From Methylovirgula sp. (GTDB taxonomy: Bacteria; Pseudomonadota; Alphaproteobacteria; Rhizobiales; Beijerinckiaceae), in the NCBI GenBank assembly GCA_043742625.1, contig JAYTYD010000029.1, forward strand, positions 1 through 45,448: a stretch of 45,448 nt of DNA, in the 5' to 3' direction. The position numbers were made by a program, and so were the translations under genes. Positions 27,314 through 36,001 of the stretch are shown here, piece after piece; position 1 is the stretch's first letter, and each line of letters starts with the position of its first letter. Under the pieces are notes generated by a model. That model worked only from the letters and a program-made list of their open reading frames with translations. It ran no database searches and was not told the DNA's origin.

Positions 27314-30300
27314 GGCCGGGGCACCTCGCTTACAGGAGGCTGAAGGCCATTCTGAACTACGCCGCCCGACAGCCTAAATCGCAACTTTTCCACCGCCAGA
27401 TAAATCACCGGCGTGGTGTACAGCGTTATAAGCTGACTTAAAACCAATCCGCCGACAATGGTAATGCCAAGCGGCACTCGCAGCTCGCTGCCCGCGCCGT
27501 GAGCAAGCGCCAACGGCAGCGCGCCGAACAAGGCTGCCAGCGTTGTCATCATAATCGGCCTAAAACGCAGATGCGCCGCCTGAACTATTGACTCCAGCGC
27601 CGAAAGCCCTTGCTCTCGCTCGGCCGAAAGCGCAAAATCGATCATCATGATGGCGTTTTTCTTGACGATCCCCATGAGCAGCAAAATGCCAATGAGCGCC
27701 ACAATCGACAAATCATCTCCATGCCATTGCAGCGCCAAAAGTGCACCGATGCCAGCTGAGGGCAGCGTCGAGAGAATGGTAATCGGATGGAAGAAGCTTT
27801 CATACAGCATCCCCAAAACCAGATAAATAGCTACAATCGCCGCCAAAATCAGCAAAGGCTCGGAGGCTGTTGAGCGCTGAAATTCTGCCGCGTCCGCCCC
27901 GAATTTCCCGACTATATTGGCCGGCATACCAATATCCGCTTCCGCCTGCTTCACCCCTGCAACTGCCGCCCCGAGCGAAGTGCCCCGCGGCAAATCAAAG
28001 CTCAATGCGGCCACTGGAAATTGCTCCTCATGGCTTACAGACAGAGGTGCCGAAATCCGCTCAATCTTGGAAAATGACTCGAGCGGCACCTGCACGCCGC
28101 CAGTGCCCGAAACATAGATCTTGCCCAACGCCGCAACATCGCGCTGGTCTTGCGGCGAGGCTTCCAAAATTACCCGGTATTGGTTGGCTTGCGCATAGAT
28201 CGTTGAAACTTGCCGCTGTCCGAAAGCATCGTTCAATGTGTCGTCAATTGCCTGCATCGAAACACCAAAGCGCCCGGCCTTATCGCGGTCTATGTTGATT
28301 TGCGCGCGCAGGCCGCCAAGTTGGTTTTCCGCTGCCACAGCGCCAAACTGCTCCAGCCCCCGTAGGCGCTCCACCAGCTTTTGTGCCCATAAATTCACCA
28401 ACGCATCATCTGTGCCGGTCAATGAATATTGATATTGCGCCCGCGTGGTGCGCGTTGAAATCTGAATGTCTTGCACCGCCTGTGCGTAAAGCGTCACGCC
28501 GGGCACAGCCAAAGCGGCCTGCTCAAGCCGCCTGCCAATGTCGCTGGCGGACGCGCTTCTCTGCACTTTCGGCTTCAAGCTGGCATTCAGATGGGCAATA
28601 TTTCCTGTGGCATTCAACGTTCCGATCCCGACAACCGAAGTCAGGCCCACCACATCACCATCCTGCCGGATACGTTTTGCCACTTCACCTTGCAAGCGCG
28701 CCATCTCTTCAAAGGACACGTCCGGCGCGGCTTCAAGCGTAAGCGACAACAAACTGGTATCTTGCTCCGGCAAAAAGCCTTTTGGCATGTTCACATAAAA
28801 ATACCCTGTCGCAACCAACGTCGCCACCATCACCAGCATCATAAAGCTGCGGTGGCGCAGCGCGCTATCCAGGCTGCGCGCATAAGCATCATTCATCCAG
28901 ATAATCGGTTTTTCAAACATGCGCGCCAGCCACGGCGTCCTTGTTTCGCTTTGACTGCGCAATAATTTTGCGCACATCATCGGCGTGAGGGTTAGCGACA
29001 CCACCGCCGAAACCAGCACAGCGATGGATAGCGTCAGCGCAAACTCGCGGAACATCCGTCCGATCAAACCGCTCATAAACAGCAGCGGAATAAACACAGC
29101 GATCAATGACACCGTGAGAGAAATCACCGTAAAGCCAATTTCCCGCGCGCCTTGTAAAGCCGCCTCTAGCGGGTTCTTGCCGCCCTCAATATTGCGCACG
29201 ACATTTTCGATCATGACAATAGCATCATCGACCACAAATCCGGTACCGATAGTCAGCGCCATCAAAGATAGATTGTCCAGCGAGAACCCCGCTAAATTCA
29301 TCACGCCGAACGTCGCAATCAAAGACAGCGGCAGCGCCACCCCGGCAATGATCGTCGCCCGTAAATTCCGCAAGAACAGCAACACCACCAGCACCACAAG
29401 TGCTGCGCTGAGCAGCAAGCTGTATTGCACATCGTTAATTGAAGCCCGGATGGTATCGGTTCGATCATGCACAATCACCAATTCCGCGCCTGCCGGAACA
29501 GACCGTTGCAACCCCGGCAGCGCCGCGCGCAAAGCCTCGACTGTTTTAATGATATTCGCCCCGGGCTGGCGCTGGACATCAATCAGGATCGCCGGTTCAT
29601 TTTGATACCAACCGCCAACACGGGTGTTTTCCAAACCGTCGGTGAGTTTGGCCACATCTTTTAAATGCACAGGCACACCGGCGCGCATCGCCACAATCAC
29701 ATCCTTATAGGCTTCAGCAGTGCCAATCTGGTCGTTCGCACCAATCGTGTAGGCTTGAGAAGTGCCGTCAATCGCGCCTTTGGAGCCTGCCACATTTGCG
29801 TTGGAAATGGCACTGCGCAAATCTTCCAAACCAATCGAATATGACGCGAGCCGCTGCAGGTCGGCCTCAATGCGCACTGCGGGGCGGATATTGCCCGCTA
29901 TGGCAACATGGCCGACGCCATTGATCTCTGACAGGCGCGGCCCGATCAGCGTATCGGCGATATCACTCAGATTGCGCAAGGACACCGAATTTGACTTTAG
30001 CGCCAGCATCAATATCGCAGTGTCAGCGGGGTTCACCTTGGCATAGGTCGGCGGATACGGCATGTTGCGCGGTAAGGTGGACCCGGCGGCATTGATTGCC
30101 GACTGAACATCCTGCGCCGCTGCATCAATGTCGCGATCAAGATCAAATTGCAGCGTGATCTGGCTGAGGCCAAACGTGCTTTGCGAGGTGAGAGACGTCA
30201 GCGAAGGTATTGTTCCAAACTGCCGCTCCAACGGCGCGGTTACCAGTTCGGCGATCGTATCCGGATTCCCGCCCGGTAGTTGTGTGGTGATCTGGATCGT

Positions 30301-30495
30301 GGGAAAATCCACCTGCGGCAACGCTGAAACCGGCAGCTTCAAATACCCCAGAACACCAAGCAACAAAATTGCCAGGGCCAGCAAACTGGTGGCCACGGGG
30401 CGCATGATAAACGGCGTTGATACGCCGCCGCCAAAATCCTGTTCCGGTGACGCGTCCGGCTCAGCGGTTGGTGCTGGATCAGTTACAGGGGTCAT
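27310..30495 (-). CDS. mdtB: RND multidrug efflux pump, inner-membrane subunit (MdtB-like)
   Basis: 1061 aa. ...STPFIMRPVATSLL... and ...VVDDAIVMIENV.... ATGA overlaps at both ends (30492-30495 and 27310-27313). Confidence 0.9.
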   Translation of the reverse strand: MTPVTDPAPTAEPDASPEQDFGGGVSTPFIMRPVATSLLALAILLLGVLGYLKLPVSALPQVDFPTIQITTQLPGGNPDTIAELVTAPLERQFGTIPSLTSLTSQSTFGLSQITLQFDLDRDIDAAAQDVQSAINAAGSTLPRNMPYPPTYAKVNPADTAILMLALKSNSVSLRNLSDIADTLIGPRLSEINGVGHVAIAGNIRPAVRIEADLQRLASYSIGLEDLRSAISNANVAGSKGAIDGTSQAYTIGANDQIGTAEAYKDVIVAMRAGVPVHLKDVAKLTDGLENTRVGGWYQNEPAILIDVQRQPGANIIKTVEALRAALPGLQRSVPAGAELVIVHDRTDTIRASINDVQYSLLLSAALVVLVVLLFLRNLRATIIAGVALPLSLIATFGVMNLAGFSLDNLSLMALTIGTGFVVDDAIVMIENVVRNIEGGKNPLEAALQGAREIGFTVISLTVSLIAVFIPLLFMSGLIGRMFREFALTLSIAVLVSAVVSLTLTPMMCAKLLRSQSETRTPWLARMFEKPIIWMNDAYARSLDSALRHRSFMMLVMVATLVATGYFYVNMPKGFLPEQDTSLLSLTLEAAPDVSFEEMARLQGEVAKRIRQDGDVVGLTSVVGIGTLNATGNIAHLNASLKPKVQRSASASDIGRRLEQAALAVPGVTLYAQAVQDIQISTRTTRAQYQYSLTGTDDALVNLWAQKLVERLRGLEQFGAVAAENQLGGLRAQINIDRDKAGRFGVSMQAIDDTLNDAFGQRQVSTIYAQANQYRVILEASPQDQRDVAALGKIYVSGTGGVQVPLESFSKIERISAPLSVSHEEQFPVAALSFDLPRGTSLGAAVAGVKQAEADIGMPANIVGKFGADAAEFQRSTASEPLLILAAIVAIYLVLGMLYESFFHPITILSTLPSAGIGALLALQWHGDDLSIVALIGILLLMGIVKKNAIMMIDFALSAEREQGLSALESIVQAAHLRFRPIMMTTLAALFGALPLALAHGAGSELRVPLGITIVGGLVLSQLITLYTTPVIYLAVEKLRFRLSGGVVQNGLQPPVSEVPRP

Positions 30496-31856
30496 GGCGT
30501 GGCAGCGGGCGCGCCCGCAGGCGCATTGGCCACGTCCTTTTTGCGGCGTTTTTTGGGTTCGGTGCCTGATATAGCCGCACTTGGCGTATCTGGAGTTTGT
30601 TTTACTTCCGGGTTTTGCGCCGCCGGAACACCCGCCGGAACGCCTGCAGCTTCTGCGCCATCCGCGACGGGTGTAACCTCCGGCTTCTTGAGGCCGGCGG
30701 CAGGCGCATCGCCAATGGTGATTTTGGCTCCGTCCTTGAGCCGCGCGAAGCCGCTGGTGATAATGCTTTGCCCCTCGTTCACCGCCCCTTCGATCACCGC
30801 CGTGGTTTCATCCTGGCGCGGCACTGTCACAGGAACCGCCGCAGCCTTTCCATCAGCTACCGCGTATACAAATGCGCCTGCGGGCCCGCGCTGAACCGCT
30901 ACGGTTGGCACGGTATAAACTCCCTTCAAAGTTGAAAGCACCAGCTTGATATTGACAAATTGACCGGGCCAAAGCTGCAAGGTCGCATTTGGAAACTCGG
31001 CGCGAAATTTGACCGAACCGGTGGTGGCATCCACTTGATTGTCGATGGTAGTGACCATGCCCTGGTCTAGCGGTTTGGCGCTGTCGGCATCCAGAACCGC
31101 CACACTCAAAGGCGCAAGTTTGCTGGCGTCGTTTGCGGCCCGCAAATACTGTTGCGGCAGGTTGAACACCACGCCTATCGGTTGAAGCCGCGTGATGGTC
31201 ACCAATCCGGCTGTGTCTCCGGCGTGAATCACATTGCCGGGGTCAACTGCGCGAAACCCCGCGCGCCCGTCAATCGGCGCTTTGATCACCGCATAATCCA
31301 AAATTGCTTTGGCGTTGGCAATAACTCCGGCGTCATATTGCACCAGCGCCTGCAATTGCGCCACGGTGGCGGCCTGCGTGTCTGCCTGCTGGCGGGAGGT
31401 AAATTGGGTGGAGGCAAGTGTCTTATAGCGTTCCAAATCTTTCAACGCATTGGCAAGCTGCGCTTCATCCTGTGCCTTCTTAGCGAGGGTTTGGTCGTAT
31501 TGCGCCCGATAGGTAGTCGCATCAATCCTCGCCAGAATGTCCCCGGCCTTCACATCCTGTCCGTCTTTGAACACTACTTCGCTCAAGCGTCCGTCAATCT
31601 GCGCCCGCACCACAACCTGGTTGAGCGGCTGCGCCGTACCTATCGCCTCCAGAGTCACCGGCACATCCTGTCGCTTTACCGGCGTCACCAAAACAGAAAT
31701 CGCCTCATCAGGATTGCGGGCCCGCCGCCCTGTTGCCTCTTTTACCACGGGCGCGTGCCAGTAAGGTTCCAGCCAAGCCGGACGATACCCTGTAGCCGCA
31801 CAGTAAATGGCAAAAGCTACCGTGCCAAAGATCAACAGTGTGATTAAGCGCTTCAT
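30492..31856 (-). CDS. mdtA: RND efflux periplasmic adaptor (membrane fusion protein, MdtA-like) with an Ala/Pro/Lys-rich C-terminal tail
   Basis: N-terminal anchor MKRLITLLIFGTVAFAIYC. It has lipoyl/coiled-coil/beta-barrel MFP-like sequence, then a low-complexity tail of about 70 aa. Confidence 0.88.
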   Translation of the reverse strand: MKRLITLLIFGTVAFAIYCAATGYRPAWLEPYWHAPVVKEATGRRARNPDEAISVLVTPVKRQDVPVTLEAIGTAQPLNQVVVRAQIDGRLSEVVFKDGQDVKAGDILARIDATTYRAQYDQTLAKKAQDEAQLANALKDLERYKTLASTQFTSRQQADTQAATVAQLQALVQYDAGVIANAKAILDYAVIKAPIDGRAGFRAVDPGNVIHAGDTAGLVTITRLQPIGVVFNLPQQYLRAANDASKLAPLSVAVLDADSAKPLDQGMVTTIDNQVDATTGSVKFRAEFPNATLQLWPGQFVNIKLVLSTLKGVYTVPTVAVQRGPAGAFVYAVADGKAAAVPVTVPRQDETTAVIEGAVNEGQSIITSGFARLKDGAKITIGDAPAAGLKKPEVTPVADGAEAAGVPAGVPAAQNPEVKQTPDTPSAAISGTEPKKRRKKDVANAPAGAPAATP

Positions 31857-31857
31857 C

Positions 31858-33270
31858 TTACATACTGTCTTTCATATCCCAGCCGCCGCCCAGCGCCTGA
31901 ATTAGGCTGACATAGGCCTGAAACTTGGCAAGGCGAATTTGCACCAGAGCATCCTGCGCATTGAACAGGCTGGTTTCCGAGTTGAGCAGGCTCACAAGGT
32001 CAATCGTTCCGGTCTTCAATGCGGTCAAATTAATTTCATAGGCGCGGCGCGAGGCCCGGATGGCTTCGTTTTGCAGGGACTCGTGGCGCGTTTGCAGCCG
32101 CACTGCGGCGAGGGCATTTTCCACATCGGCGAGCGCCTGAATAATGTTTTTTCGATAAGTGAATAGCAACTGTTGCTGCAACGCTCTGTCGGCATCCAGT
32201 TGGGCTTGCAAATTGCCGCCGTCAAAAATCGGCGCGGTCAGTGAACTTGCTAAAGAGGCGAGAATAGCCTCCGGCCGGATCAGGTTCTGCAAGGTCAGGC
32301 TTTGCAAGCCCAACTTGCCGTTCAGCGAAATATTCGGCAGCAAAGCGGCGCGAGCCACTTCAACATTGGCCTTTTGCGCTAGCAACCGCGCTTCGGCAGC
32401 GGCAATATCCGGGCGTCGCGTCAGCAATTGCGATGGTAGCCCGGCGCTTATGCGCGGAACCCTAAGCGAACCCAAGCCGCCGCCGTTGATTTTCACCCGC
32501 TCCGGCACCTGACCCAGCAACACTGCCAAAGCGTTGCGGGATTGTTGAACCGAAAGTTCGAGCGCCGGAACAACCGCGCGCGCTGTTGTGGCAATAACTT
32601 CCTGGCTGGCTTCTTCAAGCGCGGTTGACGTGCCCACTTTGATACGCCCGCGAATGGCCTCCAACACTTCCTCGGAAAGCCGGATGTTTTCACGCGCGAT
32701 CCTGAGCCGGTCTTGGGATGCCAAAATCTGCAAATAGGCATTTGAGACTGCCGCCAGCGTGGAGAGCCTCACCGTGTCACGGTCAAATTCCGTGGCGGCC
32801 AGCTGATCTTTCGCCGCCTCCACCCCGGAGGCATTCTTACCCCAGAAATCCAGAATATAACTGGCTGTGAAACCCAGATCAAAATTGTTGTTGGCAGTAC
32901 TGTTGAACGGTGCGGTTTTTGCCCGCGCGGTGCCGGCGCTTAAAGTCCGGTTGGCATCGCCGTAGCCCGAAAGTTGCGGCTGCAACGCCGCGCCGCTCTG
33001 GCCCAACTGCGCCCGCGCCTGCGCTATTTTAGCACCGGCCGCTGCAATATCAAAATTATCCGATAAAGCTTCGTTGCTCAGGCGGGCCAATTCCAGCGAA
33101 CCGAAAAGTTTCGGCCAGCCGCGCGGCAAAGTGGTTTTTGTGCCTGTAGCGCTTAAAAACTGAGCCGGAATGGCAATGCCGCGCGCGGCCTCCCTCTCCG
33201 GTGCCATACAAGCCGCCAGTGGGAAAATTACCGCGATCACACCAATATGTTTTAATGCCATCTCAAACAT
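31858..33270 (-). CDS. Efflux outer-membrane factor lipoprotein (NodT/OprM family)
   Basis: Lipobox FPLAAC. Two TolC-like repeats. The C-terminus ...LIQALGGGW is typical of the OMF family. ATG 33270 is preferred; the track start 33273 is a TTG. Confidence 0.9.
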   Translation of the reverse strand: MFEMALKHIGVIAVIFPLAACMAPEREAARGIAIPAQFLSATGTKTTLPRGWPKLFGSLELARLSNEALSDNFDIAAAGAKIAQARAQLGQSGAALQPQLSGYGDANRTLSAGTARAKTAPFNSTANNNFDLGFTASYILDFWGKNASGVEAAKDQLAATEFDRDTVRLSTLAAVSNAYLQILASQDRLRIARENIRLSEEVLEAIRGRIKVGTSTALEEASQEVIATTARAVVPALELSVQQSRNALAVLLGQVPERVKINGGGLGSLRVPRISAGLPSQLLTRRPDIAAAEARLLAQKANVEVARAALLPNISLNGKLGLQSLTLQNLIRPEAILASLASSLTAPIFDGGNLQAQLDADRALQQQLLFTYRKNIIQALADVENALAAVRLQTRHESLQNEAIRASRRAYEINLTALKTGTIDLVSLLNSETSLFNAQDALVQIRLAKFQAYVSLIQALGGGWDMKDSM

Positions 33271-33497
33271 CAAGCCAGTTCAACTTTCACATACGCGTGC
33301 GGGTTTCCAACAGATTGAGGTGCATAAGTGCCTGTGCCCGCCATTTAGCCTCCGAACGAGGGCAACAAATGGTGAGGAAAATCAAATATACACCCCACAC
33401 AATATATGTGGTTGCATAAAGGCAAATAACAATTTGACCAAATGACAAATCGGCAATGTGAGGCGCAACTCTGGCACGCGCGGCCTACGCGACAAGT

Positions 33498-33549
33498 GTT
33501 GCAGTTGGGCGTTGCAGTTGGGCATTGCAGTTGGGCATTGCATGTGGCG
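33498..33549. repeat. 13-bp tandem repeat, about 3.7 copies ((g/a)ttgcagttgggc)
   Basis: Units at 33498-33510, 33511-33523 and 33524-33536, with a degenerate unit at 33537-33549. It lies 57 nt upstream of the DUF1003 start and about 230 nt upstream of the efflux operon start. Confidence 0.85.
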
Positions 33550-33605
33550 CGCTAACAGTTTACTGGCAAAACTGAAATAAGGTGGTGCCGGACCGGGGGG
33601 TTGAG

Positions 33606-34502
33606 ATGAACGAAACCACTGCAAACACCGAAAATGTATCCGCGCCGATCATTGCGACAGATGCACCCGAGTTCAAAGAAGCTGCACTCGAAAACTCCAC
33701 TCCCAAAGAGTCGGTTCTCGAAGAGTCGGTTCTGCGCCATGTGTGCTGCGTTTGCGGTTTGGAAAAAAGTAAACGCGAATTGGTCAGTCTGGATTTGTTG
33801 CGCCCGTCCTTGTCCGAAAGTATTCTGGAGGCCAATCCTGATGCGACGCTTGAGAGCTTCATCTGCCGCACGGATTTGGCGGTTTATCGCACCCGTTACG
33901 TCCGCAACTTGCTGCAAGCTGAACATGGCGAGCTCACCGAGCTCGATCGCCGCGTCGCCGAATCAATAACTCTGCATGACACCTTGGCTGAAGACACCGA
34001 GCGTGAATATGAGGAAGACCGCACCTTTGGCGAGCGCCTGTCAGACATTATCGCCAGTTTCGGTGGCAGCTGGACTTTTATTATAATCTTCATGGTGATC
34101 TTGTTTGCGTGGATGATTGCCCAAGGTGTGCTCGGCGAGTTGGCCTTCGACGTATATCCCTACATTCTGCTTAATCTTGTTTTGTCGAGTATTGCCGCCT
34201 TGCAGGCACCGATCATCATGATGAGTCAAAAACGTTCAGAAGCCAAAGACCGCTTGCGCGCCGAAAATGATTATCAGGTCAACCTGAAGGCAGAGTTGGA
34301 AATCCGGCATTTGCATGAAAAAATGGATCATCTTTTGTCGCGTCAATGGCAACGGCTGGCTGAAATTCAACAAATTCAGCTCGAAATGATGAGCGATTTG
34401 ACCGTACAACGCCCGCGCAAGAAGGTGTTGGTGACCAAGAAAAAGCGCACTGAAAAGAAACCGAAAGCGTCAACGCCGCAGACTGTGCCGCAAGCTTTTT
34501 AA
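33606..34502 (+). CDS. DUF1003-family membrane protein
   Basis: ...LSDIIASFGGSWTFIIIFMVILFAWM...YPYILLNLVLSSIAALQAPIIMMSQKR...DYQVNLKAELEI... matches my memory of DUF1003. ATG 33606 follows a G-rich ribosome-binding site. Confidence 0.8.
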   Translation: MNETTANTENVSAPIIATDAPEFKEAALENSTPKESVLEESVLRHVCCVCGLEKSKRELVSLDLLRPSLSESILEANPDATLESFICRTDLAVYRTRYVRNLLQAEHGELTELDRRVAESITLHDTLAEDTEREYEEDRTFGERLSDIIASFGGSWTFIIIFMVILFAWMIAQGVLGELAFDVYPYILLNLVLSSIAALQAPIIMMSQKRSEAKDRLRAENDYQVNLKAELEIRHLHEKMDHLLSRQWQRLAEIQQIQLEMMSDLTVQRPRKKVLVTKKKRTEKKPKASTPQTVPQAF

Positions 34503-34548
34503 GCGGCCACATCCAATACTGAAAAATAATTAAGCAGGGGAGACTTTT

Positions 34549-35124
34549 ATGGAATTAGAAACGCAGGAACATCTCGAACATGCTGAACACGCCGCCCATG
34601 CGGCCGAGGAAGGCAATTCCTTCATAACCACGGTTTCCATGACCATTGCCATCTTGGCGGTGATTGCCGCAACCGTCGGCAGTATGGAAACTCTGGCAAC
34701 AGGCAGCGCCATTGCCGAGAAGAACGCCGCCGTCTTGAAGCAAAGCCAAGCCAGTGACCAATGGGCGTTTTATCAGGCCAAAAGCCTGAAGAAAAACATG
34801 TTTGAAATTGCAGCTACTCAAGCCACCGCCGCCGGTGGCAAACCCGAAGAGTTTGAGAAAACCGCCAAACGTTATGATGGCGAGACCGAGGAAATCAAGA
34901 AAAAGGCTGAAGAGCTTGAGCACGAGCGCGACGAGAAGCTCACCGAGGGTGACCACTTTGAACATCGCCACCATATTCTGACCATCGCAGTGACCATTAT
35001 CCACGTCGCCATCGCCATTGCCACTGTGGCCATCATCACCAGGGGTCAAAAATGGCCTTGGTACGCGTCCATCATTTTAGCAATTATTGGCATGGGCGTA
35101 GCAGCAAAAGGCTACATTGGCTGA
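34549..35124 (+). CDS. DUF4337-family membrane protein
   Basis: MELETQEHLEHAEHAAHAAEEGNSFITTVSMTIAILAVIAA...DQWAFYQAKSLKK..., with a C-terminal TM pair. An AGGGGAG ribosome-binding site is present. Confidence 0.75.
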   Translation: MELETQEHLEHAEHAAHAAEEGNSFITTVSMTIAILAVIAATVGSMETLATGSAIAEKNAAVLKQSQASDQWAFYQAKSLKKNMFEIAATQATAAGGKPEEFEKTAKRYDGETEEIKKKAEELEHERDEKLTEGDHFEHRHHILTIAVTIIHVAIAIATVAIITRGQKWPWYASIILAIIGMGVAAKGYIG

Positions 35125-35146
35125 GTGACCGAGCGGCGCTAAAAAG

Positions 35147-35174
35147 GCCCGGAACCAAGATTCCGGGCTTTTTT
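35147..35174. terminator. Bidirectional intrinsic terminator between convergent genes
   Basis: gcccggaa-ccaaga-ttccgggc forms an 8-bp stem. It is flanked by aaaaa upstream and tttttt downstream. Confidence 0.85.
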
Positions 35175-35206
35175 AACTGATTGACTTCGGTTTATGTCCT
35201 GCAAGC

Positions 35207-35259
35207 CCACTTTACATACGCCTACTTTCCGCAAACCTACTTTCGGTAAGCTTACTTGC
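35207..35259. repeat. Four imperfect 9-nt direct repeats at 14-15 nt spacing (ccactttac / cctactttc / cctactttc / cttacttgc)
   Basis: Copies at 35207, 35221, 35236 and 35251. The last copy overlaps the stop codon of the minus-strand gene. Confidence 0.6.
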
Positions 35260-35806
35260 CTGTGGTCTTCATGCGGGTGTTGCATGCGCTGTAGTACTTC
35301 GGCCATGAGCCGTACTGTGCCTTCAACGCGACCTTGTTAGCGTCCCATTCAGCGCCGCAACCCTTCATGCGTGCATCATGGCCAGCCTTGCCTGCTGCGT
35401 TCAACGCGGTTGGAGCAGCCATTGGCGCTGCAGGAGCCATCGGCTTTGCAGGAGTAACAGCGGCAGGAGCAACAGCAGCAGGAGCAGCAACAGCGGCAGG
35501 AGCCGGCATTGGCTTGACAGGCGCAGCGGCAGCCGGTGCAGGCATTGGCTTTGCTGGTGTTGTTGCTGCAGCAGGGGCTGCAGGCGCGGTTGCGGCCGCA
35601 GGAGATGCCTTAGCATCAGCAGCGCACTTGGAATAAAACTGTGACCAAGTCTGGCCTGCCAGTGTGTTTGCAGTTTTTGCAGCTTCATATTTTACGCCGC
35701 ATTCCTGCATTACTGAAGCGGCACGCGCTGGTGCGCTCGCAGCAAAAGTGAAGCCCGCAGCCAATACAGCGGTGCCAAATACAGTTCCGATCAAACGAAT
35801 AGTCAT
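35252..35806 (-). CDS. Secreted Ala/Pro-rich protein with two copies of a C-x24-C motif (PsiF-repeat-like; family uncertain)
   Basis: ATG 35806 follows GAGGAG. Signal peptide MTIRLIGTVFGTAVLAAGFTFAASAPARA/AS. The two repeats are MQECGVKYEAAKTANTLAGQTWSQFYSKC and MKGCGAEWDANKVALKAQYGSWPKYYSAC. An A/P/KPMPAPA linker of about 70 aa separates them. Confidence 0.7.
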   Translation of the reverse strand: MTIRLIGTVFGTAVLAAGFTFAASAPARAASVMQECGVKYEAAKTANTLAGQTWSQFYSKCAADAKASPAAATAPAAPAAATTPAKPMPAPAAAAPVKPMPAPAAVAAPAAVAPAAVTPAKPMAPAAPMAAPTALNAAGKAGHDARMKGCGAEWDANKVALKAQYGSWPKYYSACNTRMKTTGK

Positions 35807-36001
35807 TGTTCTCTCCTCAATAAATAGTGTCACTAACCGCCACTTGGGTACGCGCGCATTCCTGACGGAACTTGCCTGACGGCAGTTAGCGACCCAATGT
35901 TTTTCTTATGCCCGTTCTTTGATGAACAGTGCATGACTAAATCACAACCGAAACACGACCGCCTTAGTGAATATCCCCAAAACGGTCTGCATTGGCTGTG
36001 G

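Noticed and set aside
24230-31847. Many long plus-strand ORFs across the RND/MFP genes (for example 24665-25189, 26085-26771, 28985-29605 and 31152-31847)
   Set aside because: All are antisense to full-length efflux genes with canonical motifs. None has a ribosome-binding site or a family signature, so they are most likely codon-bias artefacts.
35334-35688. Three overlapping alternative-frame ORFs (35334-35636 +, 35378-35644 +, 35401-35688 -) across the Ala/Pro-rich region
   Set aside because: They are kept open only by the GCn-rich repetitive DNA that encodes the linker of the real minus-strand gene. That gene has a signal peptide and a strong ribosome-binding site.
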